This document shows positions 48,385 to 58,825 of a stretch of 64,000 nucleotides of DNA, one piece after another. Location of the stretch: NCBI GenBank assembly GCA_965232165.1, contig CBDDOY010000002.1, positions 479,478 through 543,477 of the forward strand, in the 5' to 3' direction. The notes under the pieces were generated by a model. It saw nothing but the letters and a program-made list of their open reading frames with translations, was not told the DNA's origin and made no database searches. Every line of letters begins with the position of its first letter. Position 1 is the first letter of the stretch. Source of the stretch: Spirochaetaceae bacterium. Lineage in GTDB: Bacteria > Spirochaetota > Spirochaetia > DSM-2461. The translations under genes and the position numbers were made by a program.

Positions 48385-51105
48385 TTTGCACGATGTCTTC
48401 ATAAAAATTTATGAGCATTGAACTTTCGTGTCTTTCGCTGTTGAAATCCTTCCGTGTATTCCGTGTGTTCTGTGGTTAAATCCGCAAGATGAACGCCGAT
48501 GGAATGCTTTGGACGGCTTCATAGAAGACTCATGAGTATCAGCTTTTCGTGTTTTTCGTGCTTTTCGCGGTTGAAAACCTTCCGTGTATTCCGTGTGTTC
48601 TGTGGTTAAATCCGCAAGATGAACGCCGATGGAATGCTTTGGACGGCTTCATAGAAGACTCATGAGTATCAGCTTTTCGTGTTTTTCGTGCTTTTCGCGG
48701 TTGAAAACCTTCCGTGTGTTTCGTGGTCAAATCCGCAGATGGCACCGATGGATGCCGATGGAGTACTTGGGACGGCTTCATAGAAGACTCGCGTGTATCT
48801 GCTTTTCGTGTTTTTCGTGCTTTTCGCGGTTGAAAACCTTCCGTGTGTTCCGTGTGTTCTGTGGTTAAATCCGCAAGATGAACGCCGATGGAATGTTTTG
48901 GACGGCTTCATAGAAGACTCATGAGTATCAGCTTTTCGTGTTTTTCGTGCTTTTCGCGGTTGAAAACCTTCCGTGTGTTCTGTGGTTGAATCCGCCGATT
49001 GCGCCGATGGACGCAGATGGAGTACTTTGGACGGCTTCATAGAAGACTCATGAGTATCAGCTTTTCGTGTTTTTCGTGCTTTCCGTGGTTGAAAACCTTC
49101 CGTGTATTCCGTGTGTTCCGTGGTTAAACCCGCAAGATGAACGCCGATGGAATGCTTTGGACGGCTTCATAGAAGACTCATGAGTATCAGCTTTTCGTGT
49201 TTTTCGTGCTTTCCGTGGTTGAAAACCTTCCGTGTGTTCTGTGGTTAAATCCGCAAGATGAACGCCGATGGAATGCTTTGGACGGCTTCATAGAAGACTC
49301 ATGAGTATCAGCTTTTCGTGTTTTTCGTGCTTTTCGCGGTTGAAAACCTTCCGTGTATTCCGTGTGTTCTGTGGTTAAATCCGCAAGATGAACGCCGATG
49401 GAATGTTTTGGACGGCTTCATAGAAGACTCATGAGTATCAGCTTTTCGTGTTTTTCGTGGTTGAAAACCTTCCGTGTGTTCTGTGGTTGAATCCGCCGAT
49501 TGCGCCGATGTTCTGTGGTTAAATCCGCAAGATGAACGCCGATGGAAACGGCTTCATAGAAGATTCGCGTGTATCAGCTTTTCGTGTTTTTCGTGGTTGA
49601 AAACCTTCCGTGTGTTCCGTGGTTGAACGATTGCGCCGATGGACGCAGATGGAGTACTTTGGACGGCTTCATAGATGACTCATGAGTATCAGCTTTTCGT
49701 GTTTTTCGTGCTTTTCGTGGTTGAAAACCTTCCGTGTATTCCGTGTGTTCCGTGGTTAAATCCGCAAGATGAACGCCGATGGAATGTTTTGGACGGCTTC
49801 ATAGAAGATTCGCGTGTATCAGCATTTCGTGTTTTTCGTGCCTTTCGTGGTTAAATCCGCAGATGATGCCGATGGACGCCGATGGAGTACTTGGAACGGC
49901 TTCATAGAAGACTCATGAGTATCAGCTTTTCGTGTTTTTCGTGGTTGAAAACCTTCCGTGTATTCCGTGTGTTCCGTGGTTAAACCCGCAAGATGAACGC
50001 CGATGGAATGCTTTGGACGGCTTCATAGAAGACTCATGAGTATCAGCTTTTCGTGTTTTTCGTGTTTTTCGTGCTTTTCGTGGTTGAAAACCTTCCGTGT
50101 ATTCCGTGTGTTCTGTGGTTGAATCCGCAAGATGAACGCCGATGGAATGTTTTGGACGGCTTCATAGAAGACTCATGAATATCAGCTTTTCGTGTTTTTC
50201 GTGCTTTTCGCGGTTGAAAACCTTCCGTGTGTTCTGTGGTTAAATCCGCAAGATGAACGCCGATGGAATGCTTTGGACGGCTTCATAGAAGACTCGCGTG
50301 TATCAGCTTTTCGTGTTTTTCGTGCTTTTCGTGGTTGAAAACCTTCCGTGTATTCCGTGTGTTCTGTGGTTAAATCCGCAAGATGAACGCCGATGGAATG
50401 TTTTGGACGGCTTCATAGAAGACTCGCGTGTATCAGCTTTTCGTGTTTTTCGTGCTTTTCGCGGTTGAAAACCTTCCGTGTATTCCGTGTGTTCTGTGGT
50501 TAAATCCGCAAGATGAACGCCGATGGAATGTTTTGGACGGCTTCATAGAAGACTCGCGTGTATCAGCTTTTCGTGTTTTTCGTGCTTTTCGCGGTTGAAA
50601 ACCTTCCGTGTATTCCGTGTGTTCTGTGGTTAAATCCGCAAGATGAACGCCGATGGACGCAGATGGAGTACTTTGGACGGCTTCATAGAAGACTCATGAG
50701 TATCAGCTTTTCGTGTTTTTCGTGTTTTTCGCGGTTGAAAACCTTCCGTGTATTCCGTGTGTTCTGTGGTTAAATCCGCAAGATGAACGCCGATGGAATG
50801 TTTTGGACGGCTTCATAGAAGACTCATGAATATCAGCTTTTCGTGTTTTTCGTGCTTTCCGTGGTTGAAAACCTTCCGTGTGTTCTGTGGTTAAATCCGC
50901 AAGATGAACGCCGATGGAATGTTTTGGACGGCTTCATAGAAGACTCATGAGTATCAGCTTTTCGTGTTTTTCGTGCTTTTCGTGGTTGAAAACCTTCCGT
51001 GTGTTCCGTGTGTTCTGTGGTTAAATCCGCAAGATGAACGCCGATGGAATGTTTTGGACGGCTTCATAGAAGACTCATGAATATCAGCTTTTCGTGTTTT
51101 TCGCG
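48385..51105. repeat. Non-coding tandem array, 21 units of ~130 bp plus a degenerate first unit
   Basis: Anchor GGACGGCTTCATAGAAG recurs at 48511, 48641, 48770, 48900, 49029, 49159, 49280, 49410, ~49547, 49661, 49791, ~49894, 50015, 50154, 50275, 50405, 50535, 50675, 50805, 50926, 51056. Confidence 0.95.
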
Positions 51106-51406
51106 AAGGAAGGCACACAGAAGTAACAGGCCCATTTACCAGGCCGTGCTGGGCCTATGGCTGCCCAGAATTTGGGATACAGGAAAAGACACAGCTTTCT
51201 CCGTCCACCGTGAATTCCTGCTATGCGATCCGAAGCCTCTGAGATTCATCAAGGGGGGCATCGGTCAGAAGCGAAACCGCTTTTGCTCCTACACAGAATA
51301 TATCCGGATCATGAATCTGGAAACCGAATTGCCTCGTTAACCAAATATGGGTTCTATTGCATGGTCCTGAATCGATGGGTTATTATACTCCTATTGACGG
51401 ATTAAC

Positions 51407-51480
51407 GGGTGAATAGCTCAGTTGGTTAGAGCGTCGGCTTTACACGCCGGAAGTCCTGGGTTCGAGTCCCAGTTCGCCCA
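51407..51480 (+). tRNA. tRNA-Val (anticodon TAC)
   Basis: Acceptor GGGTGAA/TTCGCCC, D-arm TAGCTCAGTTGGTTAGAGC, anticodon loop CTTACAC, T-loop GGTTCGAGTCC. CCA is not encoded. Confidence 0.93.
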
Positions 51481-51513
51481 AAACTCACTCGGTGCCATAT
51501 TAAGAGGTTCCCA

Positions 51514-52599
51514 ATGGCAGAACATAAAACAATTGCGTTTACCGGAGGAGGAACGGCTGGCCATGTGTTTCCAGCGTTTCCCGTGATAGAGCGGCTGAAG
51601 AACGCCGGATACAGAGTGCTTTGGATGGGATCGGAAAATGGCATGGAACAGGAATTGGTGATGCAGGCCGGAATTCCCTATTTCGCTATACCCGCCGGTA
51701 AATTCAGGCGCTATTGGTCATGGAAGAACTTCACCGATGTTTTTCGGATTGTCTACGGGATATTCTGTTCACTGAGGATTCTTAGGAATAACAGGCCGAA
51801 CCTGCTCTTCTCCAAAGGCGGGTTCGTCTCCGTTGCTCCTGTGATAGCGGCATTTTTACTCCGCATACCAACCCTCACTCACGAATCAGATGTTAATCCG
51901 GGTTTAGCAACCAAATTGAATCTCAAGCTTAGGGCATGTCCTCTAGTCAGTTATGATACAACCTTGAATCATCTGAATGTTTCTTTGAGGTCCAAGGCTC
52001 ACGTTGTAGGCAATCCGGTCCGGGATGCCGTCTTCCAAGGTGATCGGGCGGAAGGCAGGAGAATTGCAGGGCTTAGTCCTGATGATAAGCGGCCATTACT
52101 CCTTGTCCTAGGGGGGTCTCAGGGTGCAAAAGAAATCAACGACCTTATATATGCGGCCCTGGATGAAATTCTCCCCTTGACTTCCGTTGTTCACCAGTGC
52201 GGCCTAGGCAATTCAGGGATACCCAGCCGCTACGGCTATACAAGCCGTGAATTCTTTCGTGAAGAGATGCCCCATCTCCTTGCTGCCGCCGATCTTGCGG
52301 TTTCCAGGTCGGGGGCAGGGGCACTGTGGGAGTTGGCGGCAAGTTCCACACCAGCAATCTTCGTACCGCTTAATACGGCCACACGCGGTGATCAAATCGT
52401 CAATGCCCTCCTAGCCGAGGAAATCGGCTTCTCCGTCACATTGAAAGATGGTTCCAATGCCAGGGAATTGCTGCATATTGTCAGGGGGCTTCTTTCCGAT
52501 ACGATGACCTTAACTAAGATGAGAAACGCCGCATCTAAGCTGCCGGTAAGAACCGCAGCCGATAAGATTACAGAGATCATCGAGAGCATGATAGCATGA
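51514..52599 (+). CDS. murG: UDP-GlcNAc--lipid I N-acetylglucosamine transferase
   Basis: GGGTAGHVFP, FSKGGFVS, HESD, GNPVR, VLGGSQGA, SRSGAG, DQIVNA. Confidence 0.95.
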   Translation: MAEHKTIAFTGGGTAGHVFPAFPVIERLKNAGYRVLWMGSENGMEQELVMQAGIPYFAIPAGKFRRYWSWKNFTDVFRIVYGIFCSLRILRNNRPNLLFSKGGFVSVAPVIAAFLLRIPTLTHESDVNPGLATKLNLKLRACPLVSYDTTLNHLNVSLRSKAHVVGNPVRDAVFQGDRAEGRRIAGLSPDDKRPLLLVLGGSQGAKEINDLIYAALDEILPLTSVVHQCGLGNSGIPSRYGYTSREFFREEMPHLLAAADLAVSRSGAGALWELAASSTPAIFVPLNTATRGDQIVNALLAEEIGFSVTLKDGSNARELLHIVRGLLSDTMTLTKMRNAASKLPVRTAADKITEIIESMIA

Positions 52600-52635
52600 G
52601 CTGCAGCATATTTATCCTTCTGTCGGAGTCGATTC

Positions 52636-53796
52636 ATGTATGAGAACCTGCTTTTTCAAGACAGGATAGTTCAGGGGCTGAGTCATGATATCACTCATAA
52701 CAGCTTACCTCCGGCGTTACTGTTCTCGGGGCCGCCCTTTGTCGGCAAACTCACCGCGGCATTGGAAACAGCCCGAGTGCTTTCATGCCGAGAGAATGCA
52801 GCCTGGGGCTGCAACTGTGCCTTGTGCCGAAAGCATCGTGTCTTAACGCATACCCGCACCGTGCTCGCGGGAACTCGATTACTCACCCCAGACATCGCCG
52901 CTTCTGCTGATGTATTTAGACAGCATGTTTCCGATGCTTCCCGATACCGCCTGATTCGCTCCGTCGGAAAACTCCTTCGCCGATTCGATCCCATCCTATG
53001 GGAAGGAGAGGAAACAAGAATAGCCAAATTCAGACAAATTACGGAAAGACTCTCAGAAAGCCTGGATGAACTCATGCCCGGGAAAAACCTGCCTGGCGGC
53101 AAGCCGTTAATCAAATTCTTGGATACCTTGGAAGGAGATTGCCGACTTCTGCAGGGCCATCTGCCCGGCGGCATACCGATCTTCCAGATAAGGCATCTCA
53201 CCAAATGGGCAGCACACTCCTCAGGAAATGATCATAAGACCGTTATTATCGACTCAGCCGACCGTATATCAGTCTCAGCCGTCAGCGCCCTGTTGAAATT
53301 TCTTGAGGAGCCGCCGCCGGAAACGACAATCATCCTCATTACCGATAGAAAATCAGTCCTGCTTCCGACCATTGTGTCACGGCTCAGAGATTATTCCTTT
53401 GTCGCCAGGAAGCCAGCCGAGGAATCAGAAGTTCTCCGCCGAGTCTTCAAGGTGAGAACAAATAAGTTCAACAGCCTGAAAGAGTATATTCAATCCTGGC
53501 AAACCCGTTCTCCGGACCGGATACAAACCCTTGCCGAGGATTTCATCAGCGGCGCACAAAACGGATACTTCCCGGAGGAAGTGATTTCCATCAATAATCA
53601 GGCCGATTTGTCCGTATTACTCAGCACCATCAGCGGATTGCTGCATGAGAAATGGGTGCTCAACGAACACAGCTTGGCTATGTACGAGCGGCAGCTAATG
53701 TGGGTGAGACAGGCGAGAGGCCGAGCGGAGTATCTGAACATTCCCATCCATCTCATACTGCGAAACCTCCAGCTTAATTTGAGACTTCATCTGTGA
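52636..53796 (+). CDS. DNA polymerase III delta'/clamp-loader-like protein
   Basis: LLFSGPPFVGKLTAA, CxC..C Zn motif, IIDSADR, ALLKFLEEPP, LLPTIVSRL. Confidence 0.8.
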   Translation: MYENLLFQDRIVQGLSHDITHNSLPPALLFSGPPFVGKLTAALETARVLSCRENAAWGCNCALCRKHRVLTHTRTVLAGTRLLTPDIAASADVFRQHVSDASRYRLIRSVGKLLRRFDPILWEGEETRIAKFRQITERLSESLDELMPGKNLPGGKPLIKFLDTLEGDCRLLQGHLPGGIPIFQIRHLTKWAAHSSGNDHKTVIIDSADRISVSAVSALLKFLEEPPPETTIILITDRKSVLLPTIVSRLRDYSFVARKPAEESEVLRRVFKVRTNKFNSLKEYIQSWQTRSPDRIQTLAEDFISGAQNGYFPEEVISINNQADLSVLLSTISGLLHEKWVLNEHSLAMYERQLMWVRQARGRAEYLNIPIHLILRNLQLNLRLHL

Positions 53797-54953
53797 AGAA
53801 GCTTTACCGCCGTATTCTCAAGAGTCTCCACAGGCTCAATCCCGAACGAATGCGGGTACTGATTCATGATTTAATTGATTACAATGAACAACTTGAAATG
53901 GTTCTCTCTTCCATTCCCGGCGGAGTTGTCGTCATCGGGCCGAATAACAGGATACTGCTTCTGAATAGACATGCGCTTCGTCTGCTTCCACTAACTGCTG
54001 CCGATCCGATTGGCCGGAATGTCTGGGAGGTTCTCTCAGTGCAGAGTCTCGCTAAATATGTTAGGGAAGCGCTAGAAGAAGACAGAGGCACTCCTATGAA
54101 GGACTTCTCCATAAGTTTCCGAGGAAGAAGCGCTGTCCTGAGTTGTGGAGTTCTCACCCTCGTCAGTGGAGGGCACATCAAGGGCAGCATGCTGTATGTC
54201 GAGGATGTTACGGAAGCCCATGCCGAGGCCATTCGGAGAAAAAGAACAGAAGAGCTGGCATCCCTCACGACTATGGCGGCCGGGGTTGCTCATGAAATCA
54301 AGAATCCGCTGGCTTCCATGGGCATCCATATCCAATTGATGCGCCGCAGGCTGGGCAGTGGTTCGGTCCAGATCGATGAATATCACGATACCCTGAACAT
54401 CCTGGAGGAAGAGCTGGAACGCCTGAACACCATTGTGTCAAACTATCTCTTCACCGTCCGTCCGATAGCATCCAACCTCAATCCAGTGGATATCAATGCC
54501 ATGATCAGCGATTTAATTCAGTTTCTGCGTTTTGAGGTCGAAAAATCCAATGTCCATGTGTCATTACATCTGGATGAGAACATCTCGGCCATTCCCCTAG
54601 ATGAGGGGGCGATGAAGCAGGTATTGTTGAACCTCATTAAAAATGCCTTGGCAGCGATGCCAAATGGGGGAGGATTGAAACTCGAAACAAACCTGGAACA
54701 AGAAGGTGTTGCGATTTCGGTATCCGATACCGGTCACGGAATACCGGAAGACATTCAGGACAAAATATTCGAACCATATTTTACCACACGGGATACGGGT
54801 TCAGGATTGGGGCTTACCGTCGTATACAAAGGGCTCAAAGAGCATGGAGGCAGTCTCCTGCTGGACAGCAAACCCGGTCAGGGAACAACATTTCGTATCC
54901 ATATACCATTTTCAGGCCATAGGCGAAAATTGTTATCAGGAGGGAGAGCATGA
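53793..54953 (+). CDS. PAS-domain sensor histidine kinase (Hk2/NtrB-like)
   Basis: PAS region, GVAHEIKNPL, QVLLNLIKNA, SDTGHGI, FEPYFTT, GSGLGL. Confidence 0.92.
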   Translation: MKKLYRRILKSLHRLNPERMRVLIHDLIDYNEQLEMVLSSIPGGVVVIGPNNRILLLNRHALRLLPLTAADPIGRNVWEVLSVQSLAKYVREALEEDRGTPMKDFSISFRGRSAVLSCGVLTLVSGGHIKGSMLYVEDVTEAHAEAIRRKRTEELASLTTMAAGVAHEIKNPLASMGIHIQLMRRRLGSGSVQIDEYHDTLNILEEELERLNTIVSNYLFTVRPIASNLNPVDINAMISDLIQFLRFEVEKSNVHVSLHLDENISAIPLDEGAMKQVLLNLIKNALAAMPNGGGLKLETNLEQEGVAISVSDTGHGIPEDIQDKIFEPYFTTRDTGSGLGLTVVYKGLKEHGGSLLLDSKPGQGTTFRIHIPFSGHRRKLLSGGRA

Positions 54954-56320
54954 ATTTCTGCATACTCATTGTCGATGATGAGAAGAACATAAGAATCGGA
55001 TTGGCGAGAGCCATGGAGATGGATGGATACAGGGTTCTCCATGCGGAGAATGGCCAAGTAGCCCTTGAAATCATGCTTGAAAACGATGTTGATTTGGTAA
55101 TCGCCGATTTGAGAATGCCCAAGGTATCGGGTGAAGAACTGCTCAAAAAGGTTACAGTGAGTTATCCAACCGTCCCCGTGATAATCCTGACAGGACATGG
55201 AACAGTCAATAATGCCGTGCAGGCCATGCGGGACGGGGCCTATGATTTCATCACAAAACCCGTCAATCTCGATCGTTTGGGACTGTTGATCAAGAGGGCC
55301 TTGAGCCGCCGCGAGTTAGCGATAAAGCATCGTGAACTTCAAAAAGAAGTGAGCAAGATGGAGCGCCGCCGGTATGGCCGTCAAATGCTCGGGAAGAGTG
55401 CAAGTATGGTTCGAATATTTGAACTCATCGACCAGGTCGCTCCGACAAAGGCCAGTGTACTGATTACCGGCGAAAGCGGCACGGGCAAAGAATTGGTTGC
55501 AAATGCCATTCACCAACAGTCGCCGCGTAAGAATTCCCCGTTCATCAAGGTGCACTGTGCCGCCCTGTCGGAGTCACTGCTCGAATCGGAGTTATTCGGC
55601 CACGAGAAAGGTTCCTTTACCGGAGCCATCGGATTGAGAAAGGGCCGCTTTGAACTGGCCGACGGGGGCACAATACTCCTTGATGAAATCGGAGAAATAA
55701 ATCAATCGATACAGATCAAAATTCTCAGGGTGCTGCAAGAGAAATCATTTGAAAGGGTAGGGGGAGAAAAAACCCTTTCTGTAGATGTCCGCATAATTGC
55801 GGCAACCAACAAAGACATGAAAAAAGAGGTAGCTGAAGGGCGATTTCGGGAAGATCTCTATTACAGACTCAATGTGGTCAACATAGAAATTCCTCCCTTG
55901 AGAGAAAGGACGGAAGACATCCCGCTGCTTGCGGCTCGATACCTCAAACTCAACGCCGAAGAGCATGGAAAAAACATCCTGGGCTGGGAGCCCAAGTCAG
56001 CAGCCAAGCTGAAGAAGTATTCTTGGCCGGGCAATGTCAGAGAGCTTCGCAATGTCATAGAAAGCGCTGTTATTCTGTGCAAGGGAAACTACATCGATGT
56101 TGATGATCTGCCGCTTCAGTTAAATGAATCAGGAAACGAGAATAATGTTATGGTTCCCCTCGGCGCCCCGATGTCTGAAATCGAGAAAATCGTGATTAGG
56201 GCAAATCTTAACATGATGAATGGAAACAAGAGCCGCACCTCTGAAATACTGGGTATAGGCCGTAAAACGCTTCATAGGAAAATACACGATTATGGCATGG
56301 CGGAGTTTTTACGAGACTAA
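54950..56320 (+). CDS. Sigma-54-dependent response regulator (Rrp2/NtrC-like)
   Basis: Receiver domain, GESGTGKE, ESELFGHEKGSFTGA, RVLQE, WPGNVREL, Fis HTH. Confidence 0.95.
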   Translation: MNFCILIVDDEKNIRIGLARAMEMDGYRVLHAENGQVALEIMLENDVDLVIADLRMPKVSGEELLKKVTVSYPTVPVIILTGHGTVNNAVQAMRDGAYDFITKPVNLDRLGLLIKRALSRRELAIKHRELQKEVSKMERRRYGRQMLGKSASMVRIFELIDQVAPTKASVLITGESGTGKELVANAIHQQSPRKNSPFIKVHCAALSESLLESELFGHEKGSFTGAIGLRKGRFELADGGTILLDEIGEINQSIQIKILRVLQEKSFERVGGEKTLSVDVRIIAATNKDMKKEVAEGRFREDLYYRLNVVNIEIPPLRERTEDIPLLAARYLKLNAEEHGKNILGWEPKSAAKLKKYSWPGNVRELRNVIESAVILCKGNYIDVDDLPLQLNESGNENNVMVPLGAPMSEIEKIVIRANLNMMNGNKSRTSEILGIGRKTLHRKIHDYGMAEFLRD

Positions 56321-56340
56321 CCCCCCCCCCCCCCGCCCCC
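56321..56340 (+). repeat. C14-G-C5 tract immediately after the response regulator stop codon
   Basis: Read directly from the sequence. Confidence 0.8.
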
Positions 56341-56408
56341 ATATTTCATCTCTTACATACCGGCTTCCTGGCTGAAACACAGGAAAGCAAGTGTGCCATG
56401 ATTCCAAA

Positions 56409-56497
56409 AATCAATACTTGGGTGCGCCCCCTCGGGTCGGGCTTTTCACTTCAATGCCTCACTCCGGCAGCCTGCTCCCCGGCTCATTGCCAATCGC
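56409..56497 (-). repeat. ~90-bp dispersed repeat, copy B
   Basis: Reverse complement of 40855-40943 with scattered substitutions. Confidence 0.8.
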
Positions 56498-56521
56498 CGA
56501 GGGGGGGCAAGTGCCTTTATT

Positions 56522-57835
56522 TCATTTGCTCCGAACCCTCATGATGCGTACTTCCAGCGGCGAATTTGAAATCTGATATTCCAACGGCACCGACATCATC
56601 ACAGGGAACACACGGCGTTCTTCCCTTGCCATCGGGACAGACCAGGTATCAATAGGAGTGTAAACATGGGGGAACTCTTTCATATCGAAGCTGATCTCAA
56701 AGGTCAGCGCCGCTACCGTCGCTACTCCGATATTAGTCAATGCCAAGTCCATCAGAAGCACCTGTCGGTCGTATGCCTCAATGAACCGGCTATTACGAAT
56801 ATGAGCCGCAAGGTCCATGCCTTTCAAACGGGGCATGCCCCAGTACAGCTTGACTTCGATGGGTTCACCATCATTGTCGTCGGCTGAGTATAGAATTTTC
56901 TTAGCCTGCAAATCGACTTCTCGGATATCTGCTTCATTTTCCGCCAGCCAGTGATAGGCCAGAAGAGCTTTGGTATCACCACTCTGCAGCGGCGGATCAT
57001 CCGGCTCAAGAACAACTAATGGCAGGGAAAACAAGGTCTCGTTATCGCCTCCTCTGCCTCTAAGCAGGAGAGACAGGGCTTCCAGATTATGCCCGGGCGA
57101 TGAAACTCTGCCTTTCAAATGGAAGTAAGACGATTCGTTTCTACGCCCAGCCTCAGCAAGAATGATTTCAGTGGTCAAAATTCCTTCCTCTATTTCATCC
57201 ATATTCACTTCGATGGAACGAGATGAGACAATGGACGGGTCTATGGTCTTATCACTTATCGCCGCAATCGGTATTGGCCCCCGGAAGAATCGAATAATCC
57301 ACTCCCTGGTCCGCCATGCAGTCCCTGCAATAATTAGAAAGAGCAAGGCCGATATAAGAAGCGCTAAACGATAACGGAATTGCCTGGTGCCAATCCTCAA
57401 TTCAGGGTGTTCCTTAAGGAATGCCTGAAGCATCTGGTTTTTGGGCTGCAGGGCCATTGCCGCCCTGATCAGATTAAGTGCTTGCCGTCTGTATTGCGCT
57501 CGATTGACACCTTCTCGCCTATGCATCAGATAAGCTCCCGCCAGTTCAATTCTGGGTTCTGGATCCCTCGGTTTAAGCTGTGAGGCGCGAGCAAGTTCCG
57601 CAATAGCCTGATCATAGTTTCTGTCGGCAAGAGCTGTACGACTTCGCTCAATATGATTTTGAGCGAGTTTCGATATGGTCGCATATTCTTCCTGGGTAAG
57701 GAGAATTTCCTTCTGAAGGGCCATGATCTCATCTTGAGTCGGAGGATTATCTTCCTTCCAATCCTTTAATCGCTCAATATATCGACGAAGATAGCGGTCC
57801 TTCTCATCATTTGAATCATGATTTGGCATGAGCAA
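56522..57835 (-). CDS. Hypothetical membrane protein with a TPR-like N-terminal region
   Basis: 437-aa ORF, helical YDQAIAELARASQLKP repeat-like segment, one TM helix. Confidence 0.7.
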   Translation of the reverse strand: MLMPNHDSNDEKDRYLRRYIERLKDWKEDNPPTQDEIMALQKEILLTQEEYATISKLAQNHIERSRTALADRNYDQAIAELARASQLKPRDPEPRIELAGAYLMHRREGVNRAQYRRQALNLIRAAMALQPKNQMLQAFLKEHPELRIGTRQFRYRLALLISALLFLIIAGTAWRTREWIIRFFRGPIPIAAISDKTIDPSIVSSRSIEVNMDEIEEGILTTEIILAEAGRRNESSYFHLKGRVSSPGHNLEALSLLLRGRGGDNETLFSLPLVVLEPDDPPLQSGDTKALLAYHWLAENEADIREVDLQAKKILYSADDNDGEPIEVKLYWGMPRLKGMDLAAHIRNSRFIEAYDRQVLLMDLALTNIGVATVAALTFEISFDMKEFPHVYTPIDTWSVPMAREERRVFPVMMSVPLEYQISNSPLEVRIMRVRSK

Positions 57836-57953
57836 ATACTAATATGGATCAGCCCGTAAGGAAACATACCGATAAATGAATAGGGAGCAACTCTATAAAA
57901 ACTGTTTCGCTTCTGCTTCGTTTTTTCAAGAGGCTCCCTGGAACTGTATAACA

Positions 57954-58265
57954 ATGAAAATCGATTTTTTTTGTGAAGCCTGCGGAGCATCGGTAGAAGC
58001 CGATGATGCTTCTTGTCCGGAGTGTAAGAAGCATTTCAGAGGAGTCCGCTGCCCTCAATGTTCTAGGAAGGGAAGCGTTAAAAGCTTCCTAAACGGCTGT
58101 CCAAAGTGTGGGTATCAAGCAGAAATTATCCCCTTGGAAATGATTGACGGAAGTTCCTTTCGGAGCAGATGGCCTCGGAAACCCGGCTGGCCGGCTTCCA
58201 GGTATTGGACAATGAGTGCTTTTCTTGTAATGATTATTACAATCGTGCTGTATTTTTGGGTCTAA
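57954..58265 (+). CDS. Double zinc-ribbon membrane protein
   Basis: Four CxxC pairs (CEAC, CPEC, CPQC, CPKC) and a C-terminal TM helix. Confidence 0.75.
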   Translation: MKIDFFCEACGASVEADDASCPECKKHFRGVRCPQCSRKGSVKSFLNGCPKCGYQAEIIPLEMIDGSSFRSRWPRKPGWPASRYWTMSAFLVMIITIVLYFWV

Positions 58266-58271
58266 AAAACT

Positions 58272-58823
58272 ATGATCAATAAAAAGTTCATGGCCATCCT
58301 GACTCTCTCCATGATTAGCATGGCGGCCTCTTCGATCCTGGCGCAGGAATCCTCTGTCCGGCAGTTGTCAAGAAATTATCGCGGGATTGAGTTGGGCATG
58401 CTTCCAGAAGAAGTGAAAAATCTCCTGCTGGCCGATTCCTGGTTCGAATACAGGGGAGATGCATCGGTGAGTCTTCTTGAAAGACCAAGAGCCTCCGTAA
58501 TTGATGCCGGCGGTTCGATATTCATTTCGCGCGGCCTATTCCAATTTGAAGATGAATCTCTCGCCGCAATCATACTCGAACTCAATCCCGGAAGAATCGA
58601 TTGGTATACGGTTTATACCGCACTGGAAAACAAATACGGCCAGCCGCTGGAACTGAATCCTGAGAAAATTTGGTGGACTGACGGTAGAACCCGCATCGCT
58701 CTGGAGCGTCCCCTAACGGTGAAATATTTGGATCTTGGGGTATTCGAATCAGCACTGAGAGAGCAGGAAGACCGTAGAACCTGGCATGAAAATGCACGGG
58801 AAGACTTCATCAAAGAATTTTAG
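58272..58823 (+). CDS. Hypothetical exported protein
   Basis: Signal peptide MINKKFMAILTLSMISMAASSILA. Sits in an operon with its neighbours. Confidence 0.7.
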   Translation: MINKKFMAILTLSMISMAASSILAQESSVRQLSRNYRGIELGMLPEEVKNLLLADSWFEYRGDASVSLLERPRASVIDAGGSIFISRGLFQFEDESLAAIILELNPGRIDWYTVYTALENKYGQPLELNPEKIWWTDGRTRIALERPLTVKYLDLGVFESALREQEDRRTWHENAREDFIKEF

Positions 58824-58825
58824 AG

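Noticed and set aside
48385-51105. CRISPR array interpretation of the tandem repeat
   Set aside because: There are no unique spacers, since the whole 130-bp unit repeats. No cas genes are in the window.
48539-51340. Short ORFs inside the array (e.g. 48669-49040, 48629-48868, 50558-50773)
   Set aside because: The main period of 130 bp is not a multiple of 3, and the ORFs break every 1-3 units with no RBS. They are by-products of the repeat.
51407-51480. tRNA-Val as attachment site of an integrated cob island
   Set aside because: The accessory DNA lies 5' of the tRNA. I found no duplicated tRNA 3' end and no integrase in the window.
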